Positions 10,301 to 18,081 of a stretch of 20,000 bases of DNA are shown here, one piece after another. This DNA comes from an uncultured virus (IMG/VR IMGVR_UViG_3300042898_006229). Lineage: Duplodnaviria; Heunggongvirae; Uroviricota; Caudoviricetes. How positions within the stretch are numbered: the stretch's first letter is position 1; every line of letters begins with the position of its first letter. Location: the IMG/VR virus record IMGVR_UViG_3300042898_006229; one strand, given 5' to 3'. The position numbers were made by a program, and so were the translations under genes. Under the pieces are notes generated by a model. The model worked only from the letters and a program-made list of their open reading frames with translations, had not been told where the DNA came from and did not search any database.

Positions 10301-11259
10301 AGAGTTCTGGTGATGAAGGAGGAGAAATTTTCCTTAATAAGCCGGTTACTAACACTACAATAACTAATGGTGTAACAATTGATGTCTTCCAAAATAGACT
10401 TAGAATATTTGAGCAAGGTGGCTCTGCAAGAGGTTTCTATTTAGATATCACTACTGGTGGCAATGGCGTTGCAACAAATATTATGGGTGGATCCAGTTCA
10501 GGCACAGTAAATAGTGGAACTGCGACTTACGCTGCCTTTTATCCAGCCTCATCTAATGCCGTTAGTGAAAATGCTAATTTGCAGTTTACCGGCACCGGAA
10601 TATCTATTGGTGGAAATATTGCCTCTACATCTACTACATCAGGATCTTTATGGGTATATGGTGGAGTAGGAATTGGTCAGTCAGTTTCAGTCGGTGGCAG
10701 ATTACAAATGTTCAATGGTGCTAACTACACAGCTTTTGTTTCATCTGCTACAGGTAATACAGTATATACACTACCAGCAACATCTCCAGCTATAGGTACA
10801 TCATACTTAACATCTAATAGTGCTGGTGTTATGAGTTGGACTGCACCGACTAAAACAAATTACGTCTTGAGCTTTGGTGCTGGCTTTACCCCAACAGCTA
10901 ATAGTGCAGATAGCGTAAGTTTAAATATTCCATATACACCTGACGGGACATCTAAATATTATTTTGTAAAGAGAATTGAATATAGAAATGAAACTCTTTC
11001 TGGGGGAACTGGACTATCATTCTACTTGGAAAGACATACTTCAGGAAACGCATCTTGGACAACTACAAATACAATTACTGCTGGTTCTGGCGCATCATTT
11101 TTAGTAGGAGCAGCAGTTTATTCTTCATCATTCACAACAATTAGTTCTTCTGCTGGTGTTGCTGGATCTGTTGTATCTGGAGATTATGTAAGATTGTTCT
11201 TTACATCAGTTGGGTCTGCTGCAAATGTCAGTATTGCAATGACAATTGAAGAACAATAA
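7348..11259 (+). CDS. Second tail fibre-like structural protein (1303 aa)
   Basis: ATG at 7348 (MAIKRSFILSSG) follows TAG-TAA of the upstream gene as a TAATG junction and is preferred over the track's TTG at 7324. Four copies of GGxGIGQSxSxxGRLQxFNxxNYTxFVSSAxGNTVYTLPATSPA. Shares DKNIELG and DISGLPII modules with the upstream gene. Ends in a unique ~130-aa beta-rich C-terminal region. Confidence 0.85.
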   Translation: MAIKRSFILSSGIGVSADNLFVVNNTNSVSSTTGSIVLSGGIGIGQSASISGRLQMFNGANYTSFVSSATGNTVYTLPATSPATGSSVLQSTSAGVMSWVPMTATSGSSGLATTAENINTVAASTNANHHILFSPVNGGSGVAVSSDAGLLFNPASNTLTTNTFSAGVSVATVAASVSGSTASTTTTTGALVVTGGVGIGQSVSVGGRLQMFNGANYTAFVSSASGNTVYTLPATSPATGSSVLQSDTSGVLAWVPMTVSSSSGNTAQNIVVNTAGNANVFHPILFTPDSLSAGSAVSSDGTISFNPSTEILNVSGLAITSTTASTNSTSGALIVTGGVGIGGSLYVAGDLTINGTTTTINTVTLTVDDKNIELGSVVTPSDVTAEGGGITLRGATDKSINWYTGTGWSSSESWNLASGNTYKINNTAVISNSSLGTGVTNSSLTALGTITTGVWSGTSITAFYGGTGLQTTFTVGDILYANTSSTWARLTANSNSGYVLTSAGSGATPTYVAQSTLSVGNATSSGIATTAQNINVISASTNANHPLLFTPSFGSASGLAVSSNTTLVYNPSSDILSVSGAAITSTTASNTASTGSLVVTGGVGIGQSVSVGGRLQLFNSSNYTAFVSSATGNTVYTLPATSPATGSSVLQSTSAGVLSWVPMTAGAASGNTAQNIVVNTAGNANVFHSILFTPSSLSAGSAVSSDSTISFNPSTEILNVSGLAITSGTASTNTTTGALVVRGGLGVTGQLSFAQASFGFTGITTNPIMSFIGATSSSPITLTVLTDNSLNFEGSQGSVFSIDSNLSSGEIFSVSDISGLPIISASAGQTVNINEFGGYTQIGNGSINSSSTTTGSLVVSGGFGLTGNANIGGTVRITNTTNSSSTTSGALVVNGGAGITGNANIGGTVRITNTTNSSSITSGALSVNGGLGVTGNAFIGGTVNVTNTTAATGVSTAALVVSGGLGVQGDLFVAANANTKLSIMQSSGDEGGEIFLNKPVTNTTITNGVTIDVFQNRLRIFEQGGSARGFYLDITTGGNGVATNIMGGSSSGTVNSGTATYAAFYPASSNAVSENANLQFTGTGISIGGNIASTSTTSGSLWVYGGVGIGQSVSVGGRLQMFNGANYTAFVSSATGNTVYTLPATSPAIGTSYLTSNSAGVMSWTAPTKTNYVLSFGAGFTPTANSADSVSLNIPYTPDGTSKYYFVKRIEYRNETLSGGTGLSFYLERHTSGNASWTTTNTITAGSGASFLVGAAVYSSSFTTISSSAGVAGSVVSGDYVRLFFTSVGSAANVSIAMTIEEQ
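9943..10082 (+). repeat. Exact 38-nt direct repeat (9943-9980 and 10045-10082) within 34-aa tandem units
   Basis: actggaaatgcaaatattggtggaactgttagaatcac occurs twice, 102 nt apart. Confidence 0.9.
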
Positions 11260-11260
11260 T

Positions 11261-11902
11261 TTAATTATTTTTTGCTATAAAAACAGCCCTTCTTCTTCCA
11301 GCAGTACCACCAGTATATGTTATTTCTATATATACATGATCAATTTTTGCACTACCGCCATTTTCACCAGTAGTCCCATCAAATTCAATAGTAGGGCCAA
11401 TCATAACACCAAAATTATCATCATTAATTTCTGATACTGTCCAAGAAGCTCCCCATAAATCAGATACGCCACCATAAGAAACATATGTATCCGTATCTGA
11501 TGAAGGCCAAGTTGCTCCTGTGCTTTTATTATTCCCAACAGTATCAGTGCCATTTTTAGTAAGATAAATTGCATCGTCTTTAATAGTGACCGTACCTTCT
11601 CCTGTAAAAGAATTGTATCGATCTATATAAATTCTAATTCCTTCAATTGTCGCATCATTTGGAATATTAGAATCTAAATTTTTACAAACAAGATAATTAG
11701 TTTCATCTGCTGGAGTTACTGATAAAGGTACAGGAGCTAGCACATTTGCTGCATCTGTAAATAACAAAGAGGTGTATGAATCATTTTGTGAGGAAGCATT
11801 ACTAGTATTTTGCCATTTAAAAGTGGATGCTGAAAGAGTATATTCACCAGAGCGAGCTAATGTTGAAAAGGTTGAAAATTGTTTTGAGATAGTTGTTGAC
11901 AT
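11261..11902 (-). CDS. Hypothetical beta-rich protein, possibly a virion-associated jelly-roll/carbohydrate-binding-like domain (213 aa)
   Basis: Fills the gap between plus-strand genes, with ATG start and TAA stop. The motifs IPNDATIEGI...YGGVSDLWGASWTVSEINDDNFGV...IDHVYIEITYT match a pattern I recall from phage/bacterial surface proteins. The fold is inferred. Confidence 0.75.
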   Translation of the reverse strand: MSTTISKQFSTFSTLARSGEYTLSASTFKWQNTSNASSQNDSYTSLLFTDAANVLAPVPLSVTPADETNYLVCKNLDSNIPNDATIEGIRIYIDRYNSFTGEGTVTIKDDAIYLTKNGTDTVGNNKSTGATWPSSDTDTYVSYGGVSDLWGASWTVSEINDDNFGVMIGPTIEFDGTTGENGGSAKIDHVYIEITYTGGTAGRRRAVFIAKNN

Positions 11903-11906
11903 TTTG

Positions 11907-11942
11907 TTTACATTATAACCAAGATAAGAATATTATAAAATA
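11907..11942 (+). promoter_or_regulatory. Putative promoter region between divergent genes
   Basis: 43-bp AT-rich divergent intergenic region. Plus strand has TTTACA (11907-11912)-N18-TATTAT (11931-11936). Minus strand has TATAAT at 11912-11917, about 10 nt before the minus-strand ATG. Shares a motif with 18082-18110. Confidence 0.35.
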
Positions 11943-11945
11943 AAA

Positions 11946-12617
11946 ATGGGAACTAAATATAATCCAAGCGTTGTGAGAAATGGACTGTTAATTTGTGTAG
12001 ATCCAGCAAATATTTCATCTTATTCAGGGACAGGTATAACTGCGAGAGGTTTAGTCAGTGGAATAGGAGCAACTCTTGTAAATGGAATAGGCTTTAGCTC
12101 ATCTAATAGTGGTACTTTTATTTTAGATGGATCTAACGATTATATCAACGGAGATACTACTTCATTTGATTTGACTGGAGATTTATCTGCAGAAATTTGG
12201 TTTAATCTTTCAGCTACTGCAGCAGATTATGTAAGAATAATTGGTAAAGGCGATGTTACTCTTAGGTCTTTTGGTTTTTGGTATAACACTGTAAATAATT
12301 CATTTTTATATCAAAGATATGGGGCATCAAGCAACGTTGGTTCACTTTACAATATAGCAATTCAAACAAACACTTGGTATCACATTATAGTTACCAGCAG
12401 TGGATCTACTCATAAAATATATTTGAATGGCGCAGACGTTCAGACGTTAACTGGAGCAGGTCCATTTTATTCAACAGCCAGTACATTGAAAGTTGGATAT
12501 GGAGAAGTTCACACTTACCATAATGGAAGAATCGGACTTTACAGAATCTACAATAGAGCATTAACAGCCCAAGAAGTGTTACAAAATTATAATGCCACAA
12601 AGAAGAGGTATATATAA
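11946..12617 (+). CDS. LamG/concanavalin A-like lectin-fold protein, array copy 1 (223 aa)
   Basis: GLLICVDPAN..SYSG, LDGSNDYI, NTWYHIIVT, IYLNG and IYNRALTAQEVLQNY fit the Laminin_G_3-type pattern. Confidence 0.85.
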   Translation: MGTKYNPSVVRNGLLICVDPANISSYSGTGITARGLVSGIGATLVNGIGFSSSNSGTFILDGSNDYINGDTTSFDLTGDLSAEIWFNLSATAADYVRIIGKGDVTLRSFGFWYNTVNNSFLYQRYGASSNVGSLYNIAIQTNTWYHIIVTSSGSTHKIYLNGADVQTLTGAGPFYSTASTLKVGYGEVHTYHNGRIGLYRIYNRALTAQEVLQNYNATKKRYI

Positions 12618-13309
12618 TGGGCCTTAAACATCATCCAAGGGTAGTGACAAATGGATTAGTTGTGTATCTGGATGCTGCTAATACCAGAAGTTATAGTGGA
12701 AGTGGAAATACAGTATTTAACCTTGCTTTATCAAGTGCAATTGGTGGCACAATAAGTGCTGGAATTTCATATACTTCCGTAAACCCACAAACATTTACAG
12801 CCACATCTGATAGTAATTATATTTTCTCCGATTATACATTAGCAAGCGGTACATCTTTTACTGTATTTATGTGGTTCAAAAGACAAACATCATCCTTTTG
12901 GTCAGCTTTATTTGGCAATGAGGTATGGAATAGTGGAACAGGATATGTTGCAAGATTAGAATCATCAACAACAATAAGATTTTCCAGAGGAGGAGATGGA
13001 ATAGGTATTGTTTACTCCAATGCAGCTCTTATTTCAGCAAATTTTAACCATTATGCTTTTGTAAAAAATCCATCTGGCTCTGACTCATTTATTTATATAA
13101 ATGGTGTGCAAGTAGCAAATGGTTCTATTGCAGATGTTTCTATAACTAAACCTTTTGTTTTCAATAGTAGATGGGAAAATACTGGTTCATCTCCTTCTAC
13201 TGGTGATTCAAAACAAAATCAATTTTCAAATATTGCAGTATACAATAGAGCATTAACAGCCCAAGAAGTATTACAAAATTACAATGCCACAAAGAAGAGG
13301 TATCTGTAA
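12617..13309 (+). CDS. LamG-like protein, array copy 2 (230 aa; most divergent N-terminal half)
   Basis: GLVVYLDAANTRSYSGSG, IYINGVQV, VYNRALTAQEVLQNY; TAATG overlap with copy 1. Confidence 0.85.
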   Translation: MGLKHHPRVVTNGLVVYLDAANTRSYSGSGNTVFNLALSSAIGGTISAGISYTSVNPQTFTATSDSNYIFSDYTLASGTSFTVFMWFKRQTSSFWSALFGNEVWNSGTGYVARLESSTTIRFSRGGDGIGIVYSNAALISANFNHYAFVKNPSGSDSFIYINGVQVANGSIADVSITKPFVFNSRWENTGSSPSTGDSKQNQFSNIAVYNRALTAQEVLQNYNATKKRYL

Positions 13310-13962
13310 TGGGTGTAAAAGTTGGACCAAGAATAATACAAAATGGATTAATACTTGATGTTGATGCTGCTGTTCCAAGAAGTTATTCTGGCACTGGTCT
13401 TACAGCAAATGGATTAGTAGGTGGTATTGGTGGAACTCTTGTTAATGGTGTGGGATTTGGCACTACGAATAATGGATATTTTATTTTTGATGGAACTAAT
13501 GATCATATAAACTTTGGGAATAGCTCTATATTACAACAAAGCTCAGGCACAATATCAGCTTGGGCAAAAACAAGCTCACCAGGTGCATTTTACAGAGGAA
13601 TTATAGCCAAGCAAGGGGCATACGGTTTATTTTACACAGATAGCGTATTGGTTGCTTATGATTGGACAGCTGATACACCAAGATCCACTGGTATAAATAT
13701 TGCAGATAATAATTGGAAAAATGTAGTTTTGACATATCAATCAGGAGTGAGTAATGGTACACGCATCTATTTAAATGGAGTTTCTGTTCTTACCACCACT
13801 ATCACAGTTTTAAATCAAACTGCAAATTTGTTTGGTGGTGCAGAAGCTAACGCAGGACAATATGCTGCCTGTCAAATTTCTTCATTCAATATGTACAACC
13901 GAGCATTAACAGCCCAAGAAGTGTTACAGAATTATAATACCACAAAAGGTAGGTTCAGATAA
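13309..13962 (+). CDS. LamG-like protein, array copy 3 (217 aa)
   Basis: FDGTNDHI, TISAWAK, NWKNVVLTY, IYLNG, MYNRALTAQEV; TAATG overlap. Confidence 0.85.
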   Translation: MGVKVGPRIIQNGLILDVDAAVPRSYSGTGLTANGLVGGIGGTLVNGVGFGTTNNGYFIFDGTNDHINFGNSSILQQSSGTISAWAKTSSPGAFYRGIIAKQGAYGLFYTDSVLVAYDWTADTPRSTGINIADNNWKNVVLTYQSGVSNGTRIYLNGVSVLTTTITVLNQTANLFGGAEANAGQYAACQISSFNMYNRALTAQEVLQNYNTTKGRFR

Positions 13963-14636
13963 TGGGCATTGATATTGGACCTATTGAAGCCACTGATAAT
14001 TTAATATTTCAACTTGATGCTGCTAATGCAAGAAGTTATAGTGGTTCAGGAATAACTATAAATGGATTAGTAGGTGGTATTGGCTCAACTCTTGTAAATG
14101 GTGTTGGGTTTGGTGCTACAAATTTGGGATATTTCATATTTGATGGAACTAATGATTATATTTTAGCTCCAGACATTTCATCTTTAAATCTTACCAGTGA
14201 TTTGACAGCAATTGTTTGGTTTAAGATTATTACATTGTCAGGTGATTGGGTAAGAGTCATTGGCAAAGGCGACAACACAAATAGAACTTTTGGATTTTGG
14301 TATTACGGTGGAAGTCCAAATTACTTTTTATATCAAAGATATGGAGCAAGTGCCGTATCAATTAATATAAGTACAACTTTGCAATTAAATACTTGGTATC
14401 AAGGTGCAGTTACGAGTGCTGGTTCAACTCATAGAATGTACATTAATGGTGTAGAAATAGGAAATGTGACTGCTTCTCCTCCTTTTGTTTCAAGTTCCTC
14501 ATTGTTAAAAATGGGATATGGTGAAATACACCAGTATCACAACGGGTATATTTCTCATTCTTTAGTCTATAACAGAGGAATATCCGCAACAGAAATTCTT
14601 CAAAATTACCACGCAACAAAAGGGAGATATAGATAA
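13962..14636 (+). CDS. LamG-like protein, array copy 4 (224 aa)
   Basis: FDGTNDYI, NTWYQGAVT, MYING, VYNRGISATEI; core most similar to copy 1; TAATG overlap. Confidence 0.85.
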   Translation: MGIDIGPIEATDNLIFQLDAANARSYSGSGITINGLVGGIGSTLVNGVGFGATNLGYFIFDGTNDYILAPDISSLNLTSDLTAIVWFKIITLSGDWVRVIGKGDNTNRTFGFWYYGGSPNYFLYQRYGASAVSINISTTLQLNTWYQGAVTSAGSTHRMYINGVEIGNVTASPPFVSSSSLLKMGYGEIHQYHNGYISHSLVYNRGISATEILQNYHATKGRYR

Positions 14637-15316
14637 TGGGACTTGATCATTCTCCTATAATTGTCACTGATGGATTGTCTTTATATACTGATGCTGTTAA
14701 CATAAGAAGTTATGTTGGTTCTGGTATTACTGTAAATGGTCTTGTAAGTGGCATAGGTCTTACTTTAGTAAACGGTGTAGGTTTTGGTACCACGGGAACA
14801 AATTATTTTATTCTTGATGGCACAAATGACAATATTCCTTTCAATATCCCAAATGTAGGTACAACTTTATCGATAGAAATGTGGGCAAGAATAAATTCAT
14901 TTAGTAATGGAATGCCTTTTGGTTTTGATCGGTATGATGTTTGGGCAAATGGTGGAAGATTAGGATTCAACACTGCAGCTTCTGATATTTATGGATTAAC
15001 TTCAACTCAAGTTACTAACCTTGGACTCTTAAGTCAATGGAAACACTATGTTTTTGAAATGCGAACTGATGTATCTTACTCAAACAATAAGATTTACATA
15101 AACGGACAAAATCAATCTTTATCTCAAGTTGCTGGAACAGAAAATGCAAGTCTTAGAAATTTCAATAGTGGAAATGGAAGAATAAGCTCTTGGCTTTTTA
15201 GTGATGTATTTTTTATTGCAATGGATTTAGCTCAGTTTAGAGTTTACAACAGAGCGTTAACTTCACAAGAAATAGTACAAAATTACAATGCTACTAAAAA
15301 AAGGTATGGACTTTAA
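14636..15316 (+). CDS. LamG-like protein, array copy 5 (226 aa)
   Basis: LDGTNDNI, SIEMWAR, QWKHYVF, IYING, VYNRALTSQEI; TAATG overlap. Confidence 0.85.
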   Translation: MGLDHSPIIVTDGLSLYTDAVNIRSYVGSGITVNGLVSGIGLTLVNGVGFGTTGTNYFILDGTNDNIPFNIPNVGTTLSIEMWARINSFSNGMPFGFDRYDVWANGGRLGFNTAASDIYGLTSTQVTNLGLLSQWKHYVFEMRTDVSYSNNKIYINGQNQSLSQVAGTENASLRNFNSGNGRISSWLFSDVFFIAMDLAQFRVYNRALTSQEIVQNYNATKKRYGL

Positions 15317-15996
15317 TGGGCATTGATTATAACAATATAATTGTTTCTGATGGATTGGTATTTTACATAGATGCAGCTAATCCAAGAAGCTATTCAGGAA
15401 CAGGTCTAACAGCTAATGGACTTGTTGGCGGAATAGGTGCAACATTAATAAATGGTGTTGGATTTACTTCATCAAATAATGGAAGTTTTATCTTTGATGG
15501 TTCTGATGATTATATCGCAGTGTCTGGTAGTAATTTTCCTTTAGGCAATTCTCCAAGAACATTAAATATTTGGTTTTACACTAAAACTTCTACTTGGAGT
15601 GCAAATTCAAATAATCTTTTTTGGTACGGAAGTGGCAATACAAGACAGTCTTTTGGTGTTGATTTTGATACTTATCCACTAATGGAATTTTACACCTGGA
15701 CAGATGATGTCAATTGGAATTCATTTGGTCCACAAGAAGGGTGGAAAAATATTCAAGTTACATATGATGGAAATACAACTTGCAGAGTCTATGAAGCAGG
15801 TATTTTAGTAACAACTAAAAATTTAGGTGGTCAATTAAATACTGTTTTATCTAGCAATGTACAAATTGGCGCTTTCACGGGTTTTTCTTGGTATACAGAT
15901 TGCAACATATCTCAAGTATCAATGTATAACAAAGCGCTATCAGCCACAGAAATATTCCAAAATTATAATGCCACAAAAAGGAGATATGGATTATAA
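15316..15996 (+). CDS. LamG-like protein, array copy 6 (226 aa)
   Basis: FDGSDDYI, RTLNIWF, WKNIQVTYDG, MYNKALSATEI; TAATG overlap. Confidence 0.85.
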   Translation: MGIDYNNIIVSDGLVFYIDAANPRSYSGTGLTANGLVGGIGATLINGVGFTSSNNGSFIFDGSDDYIAVSGSNFPLGNSPRTLNIWFYTKTSTWSANSNNLFWYGSGNTRQSFGVDFDTYPLMEFYTWTDDVNWNSFGPQEGWKNIQVTYDGNTTCRVYEAGILVTTKNLGGQLNTVLSSNVQIGAFTGFSWYTDCNISQVSMYNKALSATEIFQNYNATKRRYGL

Positions 15997-16661
15997 TGGG
16001 AATATCTGCTGGACCAAGTGGTGTATCTGATGGATTAGTTTTTCAATTAGACGCTGCTAATTTAAGAAGTTATTCTGGATCTGGTAACACTGCAAATGGA
16101 TTAGTTGCTGGTATAGGCGGAACTCTCGTAAATGGTGTTGGATTTGGTAGCACTTCAAATGGTTTTTTCATTTTTGATGGTTCTAATGATTATGTTAATA
16201 TACCAAGCGCAAGTTTAATCTATGGTTCATCATCAAGAACAATGATGAGTTGGTCTAGAATTACCTCTAATAATGGTTCTACGTACGCCTCATTTGCATA
16301 TGGTAATCCAGGAAACAATCAAGCTTTTTTCATTGGTGTATATGGTTTAAACCCATTTTGTGGTGCCTGGGCAAATGATTTAACAGCAACAAGTACATTT
16401 ATAAGTTTAAATACTTGGTTTCATACTGTTTGTGTATATGATGGCACAACTGCATTTTTGTATGTTAATGGCATTTTGGCTACATCAGCAAGTAAAAGCT
16501 GGAACACAAATGATGTTGGCAGAGCATATTTAGGAAGGCAAGTGGACAATGGGCAATATTGGACTGGCCATATAGCGCAAGTCCAACTTTACAATAGAGT
16601 TTTATCAGCAACAGAAGTCTTGCAAGCCTATAATGCTCAACGAACAAGGTTTGGAGTATAA
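15996..16661 (+). CDS. LamG-like protein, array copy 7 (221 aa)
   Basis: FDGSNDYV, NTWFHTVCVYDG, LYVNG, LYNRVLSATEV; TAATG overlap. Confidence 0.85.
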   Translation: MGISAGPSGVSDGLVFQLDAANLRSYSGSGNTANGLVAGIGGTLVNGVGFGSTSNGFFIFDGSNDYVNIPSASLIYGSSSRTMMSWSRITSNNGSTYASFAYGNPGNNQAFFIGVYGLNPFCGAWANDLTATSTFISLNTWFHTVCVYDGTTAFLYVNGILATSASKSWNTNDVGRAYLGRQVDNGQYWTGHIAQVQLYNRVLSATEVLQAYNAQRTRFGV

Positions 16662-16670
16662 CATTTAATT

Positions 16671-17387
16671 ATGGGACTTGCACATTCTCCAAGCATTATA
16701 TCTGATGGATTAATATTTTATCTTGATGCTGCTAATCGAAGAAGTTATTCTGGTAGTGGAAATACAGCAAATGGATTGATAGGCGGTATTGGTGGAACTC
16801 TTGTTAATGGAGTTGGATTTACATCTTCTAATAATGGTTTATTTTCTTTTGATGGTTCTAATGATTATTTATTAATTCCATATCCACCACAATTAAACAC
16901 AGGATCTGCTATCACAATAAGCTTTTGGGCAAAGTGGATATCTACAGGTACAACAACTTCAACAATTCAAACTCTTATAGATAATAATTACCAAACAGCT
17001 TATATTGGTGGTCCCGGAACTATAGGATTTGTTATTCATGACAGACCTGATTTGGGCAAGGTATTAGAATGGGGAGCAAGTCCTGGTGCTGGTATTACAA
17101 GATGCACTAGTACATTTCAAGTTGGAGATGGTACGTGGAGACATATAACAGGTACTAACAATGGCTCTACATCTATACTTTACGTTGATGGTGTTCAATC
17201 AGGTTTAGCTAGAACAGCTGCTGGAATTGGAGATTCACAACCAATTATCAGTATTGGCAGATGGTCTTTTACAAATAATAGATTCTTCAATGGTAATGTG
17301 TCAGGCTTATTAATATACAACAGAGCTTTAACAGAACAAGAAATTCTCCAAAATTATAACGCTACAAGAAAGAGATTTGAATTGTAA
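16671..17387 (+). CDS. LamG-like protein, array copy 8 (238 aa)
   Basis: FDGSNDYL, TISFWAK, TWRHITGT, LYVDG, IYNRALTEQEI; 9-nt spacer after copy 7. Confidence 0.85.
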   Translation: MGLAHSPSIISDGLIFYLDAANRRSYSGSGNTANGLIGGIGGTLVNGVGFTSSNNGLFSFDGSNDYLLIPYPPQLNTGSAITISFWAKWISTGTTTSTIQTLIDNNYQTAYIGGPGTIGFVIHDRPDLGKVLEWGASPGAGITRCTSTFQVGDGTWRHITGTNNGSTSILYVDGVQSGLARTAAGIGDSQPIISIGRWSFTNNRFFNGNVSGLLIYNRALTEQEILQNYNATRKRFEL

Positions 17388-18073
17388 TGGCTGTAGGATA
17401 TAACCCAAGCATTGTATCAGATGGATTAGTGTTTTTTCTTGATTCAGCTAATAAGAGAAGTTATAGTGGATCTGGAACCACTGCTAATGGGTTGGTTGGT
17501 GGTATTGGTGGCGCTCTTGTAAATGGAGTTGGATTTACATCATCAAATAATGGTTCTTTTTTCTTTGATGGAAGTAATGATTATATTTCTGTTGGTTCTT
17601 TGGGATCTTTTTACACTCAAGGAACTATTAGTTTTTGGATGAAATCTTTAGATGTTACAACCAACTATAGAAATCCATTTTCAACTAATTACAATGGATT
17701 TATTAATTACAATGTTTTGAGATTTGAACAAGGTGAAGGAGATGGGGCATTAAAATGTTGGTTTGGAGATCCATCTGGTAATATTGCAAGTTTAAATTAT
17801 TCTACTATATCAGTTAATACTTGGTACAACATTGTAGTCACTTGGAATCAAAGTACAACTACTGTTACTGGATATATGAATGGCACTTTTGATGTTACAA
17901 ATTCATCTTGGACTCGTTGGCCCACTTCTTTTGTTAATGTAGCAGTGGGTCTGGGATACAATAGTAGATTTTATCAAGGCAATATATCTCAAGTGCAAAT
18001 CTACGACAGAGCTCTTTCACAACAAGAAATATTGCAAAATTTCAATGCTACAAGATTTAGATATGGAATATAA
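17387..18073 (+). CDS. LamG-like protein, array copy 9 (228 aa)
   Basis: FDGSNDYI, TISFWMK, NTWYNIVVTW, YMNG, IYDRALSQQEI; TAATG overlap. Confidence 0.85.
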   Translation: MAVGYNPSIVSDGLVFFLDSANKRSYSGSGTTANGLVGGIGGALVNGVGFTSSNNGSFFFDGSNDYISVGSLGSFYTQGTISFWMKSLDVTTNYRNPFSTNYNGFINYNVLRFEQGEGDGALKCWFGDPSGNIASLNYSTISVNTWYNIVVTWNQSTTTVTGYMNGTFDVTNSSWTRWPTSFVNVAVGLGYNSRFYQGNISQVQIYDRALSQQEILQNFNATRFRYGI

Positions 18074-18081
18074 GAAATATT

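Noticed and set aside
11255..11273. Intrinsic terminator between the convergent genes
   Set aside because: The stem is all A/T with a 1-nt centre, too weak for a credible hairpin despite the following T run.
11896..11919. Perfect TTGACA -35 element
   Set aside because: It overlaps the minus-strand start codon and has no -10 hexamer at 16-18 nt spacing; TATAAC is only 12 nt away.
11255..11945. Invertible segment around the minus-strand gene
   Set aside because: No flanking inverted repeat pair found by eye; only a short AT palindrome at the facing stop codons.
11946..18073. Shufflon/invertase or diversity-generating retroelement acting on the array
   Set aside because: All copies are intact, same-strand and have their own starts. 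No recombinase or reverse transcriptase is in the window. The two differences in the 63-nt repeat are G/A and T/C, not adenine-specific. An enzyme encoded elsewhere cannot be excluded.
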